Source of the DNA: Thermoplasmatota archaeon | GTDB lineage: Archaea > Thermoplasmatota > Poseidoniia > Poseidoniales > Thalassarchaeaceae | Assembly (NCBI GenBank): GCA_036154155.1 | Contig: JAYZLP010000023.1 | Span: forward strand, 3,056-67,055 | Length of the DNA stretch: 64,000 nt | Direction: 5' to 3' | Shown: piece after piece, positions 19,643 through 29,391 of the stretch | Layout of the letters: each line of letters starts with the position of its first letter | Position numbering within the stretch: the stretch's first letter is position 1 | Notes under the pieces: generated by a model | Told to the model about the DNA's origin: nothing | The model's database searches: none | The model's input: only the letters and a program-made list of their open reading frames with translations | Translations under genes and position numbers: made by a program

Positions 19643-20677
19643 TTTCTCAGGATCAGGACCTTCGATAATATCCATCAGTGGCTTCAGAATTCTCAGTATG
19701 TGCCTGTGTAATTCAGGTAATATATCGAACAGTGCTATGGCCATCAGGAACATTGCGAATAGGCTGGCAAACTTCGCCGCATAACTGTGCGTGAAATCGA
19801 ACATGCCGATTCCCAGAAAGGTCCAGTCAACATAAGTATCGCTGAGCCAAACAATTCCCGCATTCCTGAAGACATTCAGAACGTGAATGGTAGGCAGGAC
19901 GATCAACAGCGCGCGCATTCTGCGCTTCCAGGGGACTGACCTGAGAGCGAAAATAGCTCCTACGAAGATTATCATTGATTGCAGCCCCGAGCATGCGAGG
20001 ATGAAACTCACGCTAACTGGAGTCCCATCAGAGTGACTGAAAGGTACGAAGAATCCACTTTCACCAAGTGGCTGCGTGAGGATCCACTTGCTTCCCTCCC
20101 ACTGTGAGGCAAGTATGTCCCCCTCTGGCAGGTCGACCCTCATCAGTCCGACTTCGTATGACCCCATGCCTGCAAACTCAAGTAGCCATTCCGTGCTATG
20201 TGCCGTGAAACTGACAAACGCCATATTCAGCATAGGCACGCTGTAGACCGTGTAGTAAGGGATGACCGACCAAACAACCGCCCCTCTGAGCCAAACCAAT
20301 GACTCTGGAGCCATCTCCCAGTTTCTAACCTCCCAAATCCCGAGTGCTATTCCCGCAGGCAACGCTCCCGCTGTCATCGCAACCAACACGGGATCAGAAA
20401 TTTCCACGAAATGCGAAGACTGCAAGTAGAAGAACAAACCGAGAAATGACCACCCTATGGCCGAGCAATATGGAGAATATGACTTATCTTGGAGGTGAAA
20501 ACCTACTCCCAATAGGATAGCCCCCATCCAGCAGAATGACAGTCCCAACGTGAACTCCGTGACTCCAATTACCTCTGCCAAAGAGCCCACAAGCACCCCC
20601 ACAGGCTCCTCCATATGTGCCAATGAGTCATCAACCCGTAAATATGATGCCCTCGACGGACAACCCGGTAAACACAT
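19634..20677 (-). CDS. artA: Archaeosortase A (exosortase/archaeosortase family transpeptidase)
   Basis: Polytopic membrane protein. It carries the family active-site cysteine motif ILACSGLQSM and the conserved arginine in HVLNVFRNAGIVW. It is consistent with the PGF-CTERM substrate at 1..155. The true start may be the internal Met at about 20614. Confidence 0.75.
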   Translation of the reverse strand: MCLPGCPSRASYLRVDDSLAHMEEPVGVLVGSLAEVIGVTEFTLGLSFCWMGAILLGVGFHLQDKSYSPYCSAIGWSFLGLFFYLQSSHFVEISDPVLVAMTAGALPAGIALGIWEVRNWEMAPESLVWLRGAVVWSVIPYYTVYSVPMLNMAFVSFTAHSTEWLLEFAGMGSYEVGLMRVDLPEGDILASQWEGSKWILTQPLGESGFFVPFSHSDGTPVSVSFILACSGLQSMIIFVGAIFALRSVPWKRRMRALLIVLPTIHVLNVFRNAGIVWLSDTYVDWTFLGIGMFDFTHSYAAKFASLFAMFLMAIALFDILPELHRHILRILKPLMDIIEGPDPEKSS

Positions 20678-21245
20678 GGCATTCGACTTCGAGGAGTTCG
20701 CAAATTCCTATATTTCGGACCTAAAAAGGACGCTCAGTGAACTCCCAATGGAGCCTATTTCGTCATTTTGGAGGATGGTTGAGGAAGTCAGATCCTCGGG
20801 CGGCAGTGTACACTTCATTGGTAACGGAGGAAGTGCAGCCACTCCCTCCCATAGTGCAGGGGACTGGTCCAAGGAACTGTCTCTGAGAACTATTTCACAC
20901 ACTGATAACACTTCTTCACTTACCGCATGGGCAAACGACACGGATTACTCCAACATTTTCGTTGGACAATTATCCACATTTGTAAGCGACGGTGACTTAG
21001 TGGTGGCTTACAGTGGCTCCGGAAACTCAGAGAACGTACTGAATGGAATCTCTTTCGCCAAGGAAAATGGCTGCTCAACGGCAGCAATTACTGGCGACTA
21101 CAAAGGTTTGGCAGGAGGAAAACTCGCTAAGCTTGCAGACGTGGCCATTGTTGTTCCGACCACTTCGATGGAGAGGATCGAGGATGTTCAACTAGTGATT
21201 AATCACATCATCAAGGAAGCCGTCAAATCGAACAATGGGTTGTGA
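20676..21245 (+). CDS. gmhA: SIS-domain sedoheptulose-7-phosphate isomerase (GmhA-like)
   Basis: The sugar-isomerase fold shows in VHFIGNGGSAATPSHSAGDW and AYSGSGNSENVL...ITGDYKGLAGGKLAKLADVAIVVPTT. The start was refined to MAFDFEEF. The 5' part of the track ORF overlaps artA. Confidence 0.7.
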   Translation: MAFDFEEFANSYISDLKRTLSELPMEPISSFWRMVEEVRSSGGSVHFIGNGGSAATPSHSAGDWSKELSLRTISHTDNTSSLTAWANDTDYSNIFVGQLSTFVSDGDLVVAYSGSGNSENVLNGISFAKENGCSTAAITGDYKGLAGGKLAKLADVAIVVPTTSMERIEDVQLVINHIIKEAVKSNNGL

Positions 21246-21300
21246 TACAATGCTCCCACCCCAAAGGGACTCAGGAAAACTCGAACAACCACTGGATTTG

Positions 21301-21882
21301 ATGCCGCTACCCGATATGAAAGCATGGGATGGTAGAATCGCATACCTTGACAGGGACGGCGTCATAAACAGAGGTTTCGAGGACTACGTCAATTCAGTCG
21401 ATGAGGTCGAGTTACTACCAATGGCAGCTAAGTCAATTGGCGAACTCAGGAGATCAGGCTTCAGGGTTTGCGTTGTGACAAACCAGTCACCAGTGGGTCG
21501 CGGACTTTGGAGCAGAGAAAACCTAGCTTCAATTCATTCCGAGATAAGGAGGCTCCTCCTCATAGACGACAAGGACGCGCATCTGGACTTAGTTCTGCAT
21601 AGCCCATACGCCCCATGGGAGAACTCTTGGGCAAGAAAGCCGAATCCTGGGATGCTGGAGGCATCAAGACAAATAATGAATCATGCTCATTCGGACTCTT
21701 CGTTATCAGGCCTAACCATATTGTACGGCCCTGATTGGAAGGATAGGCCATCAGAGGAAGGCTCAGTAATGGTCGGTGACAGGGGAGTTGACATGAAGGC
21801 ATCCGCCGAATTTGGAGTAATTGGTTATAGGTGCGATCCCGATGATGGAATTGGTGGGGTCATCGAATCTATCCTGGGGTGA
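21301..21882 (+). CDS. gmhB: HAD-family D,D-heptose 1,7-bisphosphate phosphatase (GmhB-like)
   Basis: AYLDRDGVIN is the HAD motif I (DxDG). VVTNQSPVGRG is motif II and MVGDRGVDMKASAEFG is motif III/IV. Confidence 0.7.
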   Translation: MPLPDMKAWDGRIAYLDRDGVINRGFEDYVNSVDEVELLPMAAKSIGELRRSGFRVCVVTNQSPVGRGLWSRENLASIHSEIRRLLLIDDKDAHLDLVLHSPYAPWENSWARKPNPGMLEASRQIMNHAHSDSSLSGLTILYGPDWKDRPSEEGSVMVGDRGVDMKASAEFGVIGYRCDPDDGIGGVIESILG

Positions 21883-23144
21883 TCAGGCTGACTAAATCTC
21901 TCCGTACCACAGTCATGATTGGTCTGGATGACACCGACCATCCTGATGTAGGATGCACGACCCATGCTCTGGATTCGCTCGTGTCAAGAATATCGGAAGA
22001 ACCCTGGTCTGAGATATTGGAGAGGCGCCTGGTAAGACTCTGGCCCTTTGCACCAAGGAGGACTAGGGGGAATGGTGCACTTTGCGTGATTGCCTCAGTG
22101 GAATCATCTTCAATCGATCTCTTGGAGGGAATATGTGAAAGTTGGTTTGATGACCTAGCAGAGTCTATTTCCAAGTATCCAGATAATGGTATCAAGGCAT
22201 CACCTTGCCTTCTGATTTCATACAGTCGGACTCCAGAGTCATGGTACTGGGATTCAGTCAGGGCGGAGGTCGACATAGAAAACAGGAGGGCCGAGGTAAG
22301 GGCCTCTGGCACCAAGGTACTGGAGTTAGACGAGGGATGGGGCATTATTGGGGCTTCAGCGGCCATTTCATGGGTGCCAAGGGAGCACTCTTCGTGGGAA
22401 CTAATAGCCTGGAGGGATGAAGCAAGGGTTGGTTCAGAAAGAGAAGTCAGTCACGAGGCCGTTGCTCAGATGGCGCAAAGCCATCCAGAAACGTTCCTGA
22501 ACAGAGACCCCACCAAGAATAAGGGGCTGATTGCCCCTAGGACGCCATGTCCTGTTTTGTATGGCATCAGGGGCGAAACATGCAATTCAGTTACCGAAGC
22601 CCATATGTGGTTGCAAGGAAGAAACGACGTTGAGGCCAGCCATAAATGGGCCCCGCACAGAACCAATCAAATGTCCGATGACCACTTGGTCGGAGTCTGC
22701 ACAGGAACCGTACTTTCTCCACCTCATGAGGGAAGGGGGGCCCACACAAATCTCAGGGTTCTGGCCAATGGAAAGGTGTCCATTCTAGTGGTCTTCAAGG
22801 AGGGCGGAGAAGTCAACAGGCTAGTGAGGCAGTTAATTCCCGGAGACCGTATTAATTGGATGGGCTTAGAATCTCCCGATGGATCAATACACCTTGAGAG
22901 GGTCTCATTGCACTCTGCTGTTCCAAGGATTTCTTCACGGCCATCGTGTTGTGGTACGACAATGAGGAGTGCCGGAAGGAACCAATCCCTCAGATGCCTC
23001 AATTGCGGCAACACTAGTGACAAGTTGTGGGTGTCAGAACCATGGTCTCCCACCGGCGTCTCTCCTGTATCCGGTTGGTTTGAGCCGTCCCCCTCGCAGA
23101 GGAGGCACCTCGCAAAGCCACTAAATCAGGGAGTCCCCACGTAA
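21879..23144 (+). CDS. tiaS: tRNA(Ile2) 2-agmatinylcytidine synthetase TiaS
   Basis: The N-terminal MIGLDDTDHPDVGCTTH matches the TiaS kinase-like signature (GIDDTDSxxGMCTT). There is a C-terminal zinc ribbon (LRCLNCGNTSD). Confidence 0.75.
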   Translation: MIRLTKSLRTTVMIGLDDTDHPDVGCTTHALDSLVSRISEEPWSEILERRLVRLWPFAPRRTRGNGALCVIASVESSSIDLLEGICESWFDDLAESISKYPDNGIKASPCLLISYSRTPESWYWDSVRAEVDIENRRAEVRASGTKVLELDEGWGIIGASAAISWVPREHSSWELIAWRDEARVGSEREVSHEAVAQMAQSHPETFLNRDPTKNKGLIAPRTPCPVLYGIRGETCNSVTEAHMWLQGRNDVEASHKWAPHRTNQMSDDHLVGVCTGTVLSPPHEGRGAHTNLRVLANGKVSILVVFKEGGEVNRLVRQLIPGDRINWMGLESPDGSIHLERVSLHSAVPRISSRPSCCGTTMRSAGRNQSLRCLNCGNTSDKLWVSEPWSPTGVSPVSGWFEPSPSQRRHLAKPLNQGVPT

Positions 23145-23161
23145 TAAATGGAGAAACCAAA

Positions 23162-23377
23162 ATGGCCATTTCCACAGAGGCTCTCCTACAGGCCATCCTC
23201 ATACTAACCGCATTGGCTCTATTGTGGCTTATTTTCAAGAGGAACTCATTTGGCAGCACAGAGGAAGATGATGAATACTCGGGCTTAGCTAGGGACCCAG
23301 AGTCACTTTCGGAACCAACTCCAGAGGCCATTTCTGAGCTGGATAGGCTGATTCAGAAAGGATCAGACCAACGATAG
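23162..23377 (+). CDS. Small single-pass membrane protein (hypothetical)
   Basis: 71 aa. It has an N-terminal TM helix (ALLQAILILTALALLWLIF) followed by an acidic tail. I see no similarity to anything I recognise. Confidence 0.3.
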   Translation: MAISTEALLQAILILTALALLWLIFKRNSFGSTEEDDEYSGLARDPESLSEPTPEAISELDRLIQKGSDQR

Positions 23378-23935
23378 TCCAAATCTCCCCATCTCCAGAA
23401 GCTTCTCATCTCCATCGTCACTGAGGATCCTATATGACTCTCTCCTGGGGTGTCTAAGCAACATTACAGTCCGTAATGCCCCTGCAAGGCCCCGCTCCCC
23501 TCTAGCAATCAATGGGGGCCCAGAACCCGATGCGTTACCTACTGCGGACGATGTAGCTATAATTCCACATTCTGATAGCTTCGCAATTTTGGTCAATGAA
23601 TCACTAACCTCTTTCCTTGTCCTGCCAATCGGCTCGCACCAGTCATCAATTACCAACAGTCCACCACTCCCCAATTGACCGATATTATCGAGAATGAGGT
23701 CCTCAATCAGAGGCAAGCTGCTCCCAAACTCAATGATTCTCATTTCCATAATCTGATTATTATCCAAGCCATCCATAATCTCTGAGAATCTTGATCCGTC
23801 CGGCGCATTCATACACGCCCAGATTACAGAGCTGCCATTTTCCAAGGCCTCCCTGGCCATATTCAGGCAGAGTGTAGTTCTACCTGCCCCTGGTTCAGAC
23901 GATAGATGTACACCACCTCGGCCCAAATCTATCAT
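23363..23935 (-). CDS. KaiC/RadA-like RecA-superfamily ATPase domain protein with a degenerate Walker A
   Basis: 190 aa. It has a P-loop-like EPGAGRTTL (Arg in place of the Walker lysine) and a Walker B LLVIDDW. The fold is a single RecA domain. Confidence 0.5.
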   Translation of the reverse strand: MIDLGRGGVHLSSEPGAGRTTLCLNMAREALENGSSVIWACMNAPDGSRFSEIMDGLDNNQIMEMRIIEFGSSLPLIEDLILDNIGQLGSGGLLVIDDWCEPIGRTRKEVSDSLTKIAKLSECGIIATSSAVGNASGSGPPLIARGERGLAGALRTVMLLRHPRRESYRILSDDGDEKLLEMGRFGLSLV

Positions 23936-23979
23936 ATGCTTTGCTCCGAAACATCGCGAATGAGCATTACTGAGGAAGA

Positions 23980-24252
23980 TTGCTGTTTTCCTCTAAAAAG
24001 AATATTGTACATGCACTCGCAGTCAGTGCCATGAGCGGCGCACCACGAGGCAAGGAGAGAATTCCAAGGAGGCCCCTCCCCGCCTTCGAGGAGACCGAGT
24101 CCGGAATCGTCGAAGGCATTACTGAATCCGGTTTCCTCAAAGTCGCACTTGATGACGTAAACCAATACGGCCCCCATGCAATGATTGTACTTCTGGGAAT
24201 TGTAGCCGCTGCCACAGCAGCAGTATTGATGGTCGCGATGTTCCTAACCTAG
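23980..24252 (+). CDS. Small C-terminally anchored membrane protein (hypothetical)
   Basis: 90 aa. It has a C-terminal TM helix (MIVLLGIVAAATAAVLMVAMFL). It is divergent from the KaiC-like gene. Coding status is uncertain. Confidence 0.25.
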   Translation: MLFSSKKNIVHALAVSAMSGAPRGKERIPRRPLPAFEETESGIVEGITESGFLKVALDDVNQYGPHAMIVLLGIVAAATAAVLMVAMFLT

Positions 24253-25598
24253 GCCATTAATTCCCTAGCGATGGTCACCGCACTATCCACGATCTCGCCT
24301 GATACGCCAAGGTGCCCTCGAGGATCGAACAAATCGTCTAATTGGTCAGTGTCGAATATTGAAGATATTGACTCAGAAGAAACGCATACCTCCTTCAGAT
24401 GCACCCCCTCCTCCATTGCCTTCATTGAAGCAGCCCTGAGCTCCTCATGTGCCTTGTCCCTAGGCATCCCCGAATCAACTAGTGCAAGCATCATCTTCTC
24501 TGCCATAACGAGGCCATTCTGACTTTCGATATTCTCCAACATTCTTTCTCTGTTGACGACCAGCCTTGAAAGGACCCTGTCGCACTTGTCTAATATGTCG
24601 TCTAGGAGTATCATAGAGTGCGAGAGAGTGAATCTCTCCGATGAAGAGTTGGCAAGGTCTCTTTCGTGCCACAGAAGCGCATTTTCATACGATGGAACGA
24701 TCATCGATCTTACAATTCTGGCAAGCCCACAGGCATTTTCAGCCGTAATCGGGTTCTTTTTGTGAGCCATGGTCGATGAACCGACCTGCTTCTTCACGTC
24801 GAATGACTCTGCTACCTCGCCAATCTCGCTTCTCTGTAGATTCCTAACTTCCTGTAGGATTTTCTCAATACTGGTTGCCACATTGGACATCCATCCGACC
24901 CACTCAATGTACCTGTCCCTGCCAACTACCTGTGTGGTCGCAACTGGTATCCCGAGACCCAATTCAGTGAGTATGAGCCTCTGTAGCTCGATTGCCCTCT
25001 CGCCTTGTGCGGCACCAGTCCCAACTGCTCCTAGGAACTTACCAGTGGTAGCCCTCGGGGCCAACTCATCAAGCCTAACCATGTGCCTACGGAACTCATC
25101 TACCCAAACAGCCACTTTCAATCCGAATGTTATGGGGACCGCAGCTTGTCCATGGGTCCTGCCTAGCATTATCGTATCCCTTTCCCTCTCTGCTAGGTCA
25201 CACATGGTCGAAGTCAGTCTTACGAGCATCTCTTTCTGTAACTCTATGCTATTCTTGATTTGGAGTGCAACAGCGGAGTCTACGATATCGTTACTTGTGG
25301 CCCCGAGGTGAATGCACCAACCTGCCTCTCCCGCCACTTCTGCCATTGCCTTAGTGAGTGCCATGATGTCATGCCTGGTTTCTGCCTCGATCTCATCGAC
25401 CCTGTCGGCCGTGACAATTCCGGGGTCCGAAATATCAGCAATTATGTCATAGTGCTCCGGGCTAACTATCCCCATTTTGCTATGGGCCCAAACCAATGCC
25501 CTCTCGACTTCCAATTGCCTAGAATGCCTTCCTTCGCGAGACCATATGGCCTTAGCTTCATCCCGCCCATACCTATAGTCCAGAGGTGATACTGACAT
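24249..25598 (-). CDS. purB: Adenylosuccinate lyase
   Basis: The N-terminal MSVSPLDYRYGRDEAKAIWS and the fumarase/ASL-family signature GSSTMAHKKNP are present. 449 aa. Confidence 0.9.
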   Translation of the reverse strand: MSVSPLDYRYGRDEAKAIWSREGRHSRQLEVERALVWAHSKMGIVSPEHYDIIADISDPGIVTADRVDEIEAETRHDIMALTKAMAEVAGEAGWCIHLGATSNDIVDSAVALQIKNSIELQKEMLVRLTSTMCDLAERERDTIMLGRTHGQAAVPITFGLKVAVWVDEFRRHMVRLDELAPRATTGKFLGAVGTGAAQGERAIELQRLILTELGLGIPVATTQVVGRDRYIEWVGWMSNVATSIEKILQEVRNLQRSEIGEVAESFDVKKQVGSSTMAHKKNPITAENACGLARIVRSMIVPSYENALLWHERDLANSSSERFTLSHSMILLDDILDKCDRVLSRLVVNRERMLENIESQNGLVMAEKMMLALVDSGMPRDKAHEELRAASMKAMEEGVHLKEVCVSSESISSIFDTDQLDDLFDPRGHLGVSGEIVDSAVTIARELMA

Positions 25599-25638
25599 AC
25601 TTCCCCGTGTCGTTCCGACCCCAGTCCCCTGTTTGAGT

Positions 25639-26391
25639 CTAGCGCACGGGTGTTAGCCTTGCAGAATTGACATTCCATGCCCCTCTGGAGCCTTCCCAAG
25701 CAACTTCCCCCACTGCCTCTATACTCCGTTCCATATGTGGAGCTCCAAGAACTAGCGTCTCAAACTCCCCTCCCTCTCCATCTACATTGAATCTGTATCT
25801 TCTCGAGAGATCCTGTAGTCGTTCAACTTCCTCATTCCCTATACTGGCGCCCAGCCACTCAACGCCCAGCCCCTCGCAAGAGACTGAGGCAATACGGACA
25901 TCGAAGCCGTGTCGGCAGAGATTTTCCATGTGCTTATCAGGGGAGTTATGCCAGAGTGGTGAGAACGAATGAACACCCAATCTCTCGCACATCATCTCTA
26001 TCCTGGTCTTTTGAAAATCGGATCTGAGGGCCCCGGAGACAACAGCATCAAACTCCAACAAACCCTCATGAATCTCTATTCCAGAAGAGTCCCACCCCTC
26101 GGGCCACGCCTTTTCCATAGCCAGTCCTGGCTCGGAAAGACCTCTCAGACCACCTTCCAAATCCCTCATTTCCTGCTCAATGTCCCCCGAAGTCAGTATT
26201 GGTAGCCATGGGATTCCCGCTGATGCCGCTTGCATGCCGGCTATGGCAACCCCCTGAGTTTGGAACATCATTGAATCATCTCCAGTTATGCACATGGTAA
26301 CTACGGCCTTGACGTCCCAGCCCCTCATTAGTGCCCACCAAGTGGAATATGCGGAATCTTTTCCCCCTGAACCCATAATTACCACTCTCAT
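25639..26391 (-). CDS. dph6: Diphthine--ammonia ligase (Dph6, PP-loop ATPase)
   Basis: MRVVIMGSGGKDSAYS is the PP-loop SGGKDS motif at the N-terminus. The substrate, EF-2, is encoded in the same window. The 20-codon 5' extension in the track was trimmed. Confidence 0.7.
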   Translation of the reverse strand: MRVVIMGSGGKDSAYSTWWALMRGWDVKAVVTMCITGDDSMMFQTQGVAIAGMQAASAGIPWLPILTSGDIEQEMRDLEGGLRGLSEPGLAMEKAWPEGWDSSGIEIHEGLLEFDAVVSGALRSDFQKTRIEMMCERLGVHSFSPLWHNSPDKHMENLCRHGFDVRIASVSCEGLGVEWLGASIGNEEVERLQDLSRRYRFNVDGEGGEFETLVLGAPHMERSIEAVGEVAWEGSRGAWNVNSARLTPVR

Positions 26392-26481
26392 GCATCCCCC
26401 TGTGGGCTGAAGCGCTTGAATGCCTCGATTGACGAGCCTCTTAACAACCAACCTTGATAAGAGGCCAGTGAGGCATGGGGC

Positions 26482-27198
26482 TTGATAGCGATGCAGCCAA
26501 GCGGACGTGGATACGACTCATCAGTAGGAACTTTCTCACCAGACGGACGACTTCACCAGGTGGAGTACGCTAGAGAGTCGGTAAAGAGGGGCTCAACAAC
26601 AGTGGGCCTGAAATTCCGTGATGGAGTCATACTGATAGTGGCGAAGAGGATACCAAGCAGACTTGTAATTCCCGACTCAATAGAAAAAATGTATCAGATC
26701 GATGACCACATTGGCATTACAACATCTGGTTTGGTGGCCGATGCTAGGCAGTTGGTTGATAGGGCTAGAGTCCAGTGCCAGATAAACAGAATGACATACG
26801 GGGCTCAGATCGATGTGACATCTCTGGTGAAGAAGATGTGCGACTACAAGCAATCATTCACCCAATATGGGGGAGCCAGGCCATTCGGAACCGCATTACT
26901 GATTGCAGGGGTTGATTCAGATGGACCCCACCTCTTCGAGACCGACCCATCCGGTGCATATGGCTCATATCAGGCGGGAGCTATTGGGAGCGGCCGCAGT
27001 GAGGTGATCGCTTACTTCGAGGATAAGTGGAAACCGGGCATGACTGAGAACGCTTCGATTAAGATAGGGCTCGAGGCCCTGGCTGAAACCCTTGAAGACG
27101 GCCTTTCCGGAGATTCGGTAGAGATTTGCGTCATTGATGGAAATGGGTACAGAGAACTGTCGTCGGAAGATACTGAGAAGCATCTTGCCAAGTTGTAG
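26482..27198 (+). CDS. psmA: Proteasome alpha subunit
   Basis: YDSSVGTFSPDGRLHQVEYA is the alpha-subunit N-terminal motif. It is the first gene of the archaeal exosome/proteasome superoperon. Confidence 0.9.
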   Translation: MIAMQPSGRGYDSSVGTFSPDGRLHQVEYARESVKRGSTTVGLKFRDGVILIVAKRIPSRLVIPDSIEKMYQIDDHIGITTSGLVADARQLVDRARVQCQINRMTYGAQIDVTSLVKKMCDYKQSFTQYGGARPFGTALLIAGVDSDGPHLFETDPSGAYGSYQAGAIGSGRSEVIAYFEDKWKPGMTENASIKIGLEALAETLEDGLSGDSVEICVIDGNGYRELSSEDTEKHLAKL

Positions 27199-27252
27199 GT
27201 ACAGTGGCAAGCACTATCCCCCCGTTCACACTCGGCTCCTTGAGGGAGCTCA

Positions 27253-27942
27253 TTGGTCAGTCTGGATGATGCCGTAATCGCTCGTATCGAGAAAGGGGGC
27301 AGTAGGTACGAGATCCTAGTTGATCCGGATTTGGTCGATGAATGGAAAAACGATCCCTCTTCTGTTGAAATGGACGACCTTCTTGCAATAGGAGAGGTAT
27401 GGACCGACTCCAAGAATGGCGAGAGGCCAACCTCGGATGCATTGGAGAATGTATTCGGATCAAGTGATCTTGAGGTCTGTGTATCTAAGATACTGAGAGA
27501 TGGCAGCATACAGCTAACTACAGCTCAACGCAAAAAGATGGTCGAGGAAAAGAGACTGCAGATAATTAGTGAAATTGCTAGCACTGCAACCGATCCAAAG
27601 ACAAAGATGCCTCATCCACGCACCAGGATTGAGAACGCACTCGACGAGGCTAGATTTTCCGTAGATCCTTTCAAGTCTGTAGAAAGCCAGGTAAGTGACG
27701 CAATAAAAGTCCTGAAACCCCTGATTCCTCTTCAATTCATCACAGTCAGGCTCGCGTTCAAGATACCGGGGAGCTCCTATGGCTCAGTGAACCAGATGCT
27801 TCGTGATTCTGTAATGAGGGAGGAATGGCTCTCTGATGGCACGTGGGCCTGTGTAATTGAGGTCCCGGGCGGCATGAAAAACGAGGTCATCAGCAAGGTT
27901 GCCAGCAGAGCTTCAGATGCTGAAGTAAGAGAACTTGACTGA
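27253..27942 (+). CDS. sdo1: Ribosome maturation protein SBDS homolog
   Basis: 229 aa. The conserved superoperon position between psmA and rrp4 and the FYSH-domain-like N-terminus support the call. Confidence 0.7.
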   Translation: MVSLDDAVIARIEKGGSRYEILVDPDLVDEWKNDPSSVEMDDLLAIGEVWTDSKNGERPTSDALENVFGSSDLEVCVSKILRDGSIQLTTAQRKKMVEEKRLQIISEIASTATDPKTKMPHPRTRIENALDEARFSVDPFKSVESQVSDAIKVLKPLIPLQFITVRLAFKIPGSSYGSVNQMLRDSVMREEWLSDGTWACVIEVPGGMKNEVISKVASRASDAEVRELD

Positions 27943-27955
27943 TATTTCACCGTAG

Positions 27956-28675
27956 GTGGTAGCATCAACGGTTATGAAGGGCTGGCCGGTCGCGCGGCCC
28001 GATACTATGAGTAGAGAGAGCGACGCGGACGGACCGCGAGACTCACGACGAGACCTCGTCGTCGTGCCCGGGGAAGACCTCGGTGTATCAGAGGGGTATG
28101 AGGCAGGGCACGGAGTACTAGTTGTCGACGGCCGCCTCAAATCGACGAAACAAGGACGAATGAATACGAAGGGCAGCACTGTCTCAGTGGAGCCCCTTCA
28201 CACTACATACATGCCCAGGCCGGGAGATCTGGTGATTGGGCATATAGAAGGGTGCACGAACAATATATGGTTCGTTGACATAGGAGCGCCCTTCAACTCC
28301 ATACTTCCTATGAGCCTAGGGCCAGCTAAGGTTGAGTTCGGGGGGACTAGGAAGGTACTGGACATAGGAGACTCTATTCTCTGCAGGGTTCAAGAAGTTG
28401 AAGAGACCCATCAGAGTGTTGTTACAATGAAAGGGCTCGGCCTCAGGAAGATTAGGTCCGGCGCACTCGACGATGTCGACCCACACCTTCTGGGCAGGCT
28501 AATTGGCAAGGGGGGAAACTTCCTCAGAGACTTGAAACTTGAGTCCGAGTGCCGGATAGTCGTAGCCGAGAACGGCCGATTGTGGATAGACGGAGGCCTA
28601 GAGGGAATTCTCAAGGTGAGAAAATCACTGAAGGAATTATCTCATGAGGCAAGACAAGTTGGAGGTGTTAATTGA
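27956..28675 (+). CDS. rrp4: Exosome RNA-binding subunit Rrp4 (S1 + KH)
   Basis: An S1-like domain (PRPGDLVIGHIEG...) is followed by a KH domain with a GXXG loop (LIGKGGNFLRDL). Confidence 0.8.
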   Translation: MVASTVMKGWPVARPDTMSRESDADGPRDSRRDLVVVPGEDLGVSEGYEAGHGVLVVDGRLKSTKQGRMNTKGSTVSVEPLHTTYMPRPGDLVIGHIEGCTNNIWFVDIGAPFNSILPMSLGPAKVEFGGTRKVLDIGDSILCRVQEVEETHQSVVTMKGLGLRKIRSGALDDVDPHLLGRLIGKGGNFLRDLKLESECRIVVAENGRLWIDGGLEGILKVRKSLKELSHEARQVGGVN

Positions 28676-29391
28676 TGGGAGGATACGGAGACGTACAGAT
28701 GATTGATGAGAATGGCCTTAGAATGGACGGTAGGAAGCCTGGCGACGTACGACCTATCACTATCGAAACAGGCGTTGTGCCAGTAGCCGATGGCTCATGC
28801 AGGATGACATGGGGCACCAACGAGGTCATCGTCGCTGTATATGGGCCAATGGAGGCTCATCCAAGGAAGATCCAGAGGCAGGATAGAGCAGTACTTGACG
28901 TCGCATACAATATGGCACCATTCTCTACATCGGACAGGATAAGGCCCGGATTCAACCGACGCAGCAGGGAGATAAGCAAGGTAACCGCCGATGCTCTTGA
29001 GAGCGTCGTCCTTCTGGAGCTTTATCCACGCTCAAAGATCAGAGTCGGAATTGAGATAGTTTCTGCCGAGGCTGGAACCAGATGCGTGGGATTGACTGCT
29101 GCCTCAGTTGCTCTGGCTGATGCCGGCATACCCATGACTGACCTTGTGGTTAGCGTTGCAAGTGGCAAGATCAACGATGTCGTGGTCTGTGACCTGAACA
29201 AGGAGGAGGATAACTACGGAGAGGCAGATTTGCCAATGGGAATTCTCCCAAACACAGGCGAACTTGTGTTCCTACAGATGGACGGGGACTTGTCTCCAGA
29301 TGAGTTCAAGCAAGCATGGGACTACAACATGGATGCAGCGATGGAAGTTCACAAACTGATGGTTGAGGCCTTGAAGGGAGGTGGGAACTGA
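28672..29391 (+). CDS. rrp41: Exosome catalytic subunit Rrp41 (RNase PH-like)
   Basis: LRMDGRKPGDVRPI is the RNase PH start, with a second signature at ...VLLELYPRSKIRVGIEIVSAEAGTRC. 239 aa. Confidence 0.85.
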   Translation: MMGGYGDVQMIDENGLRMDGRKPGDVRPITIETGVVPVADGSCRMTWGTNEVIVAVYGPMEAHPRKIQRQDRAVLDVAYNMAPFSTSDRIRPGFNRRSREISKVTADALESVVLLELYPRSKIRVGIEIVSAEAGTRCVGLTAASVALADAGIPMTDLVVSVASGKINDVVVCDLNKEEDNYGEADLPMGILPNTGELVFLQMDGDLSPDEFKQAWDYNMDAAMEVHKLMVEALKGGGN

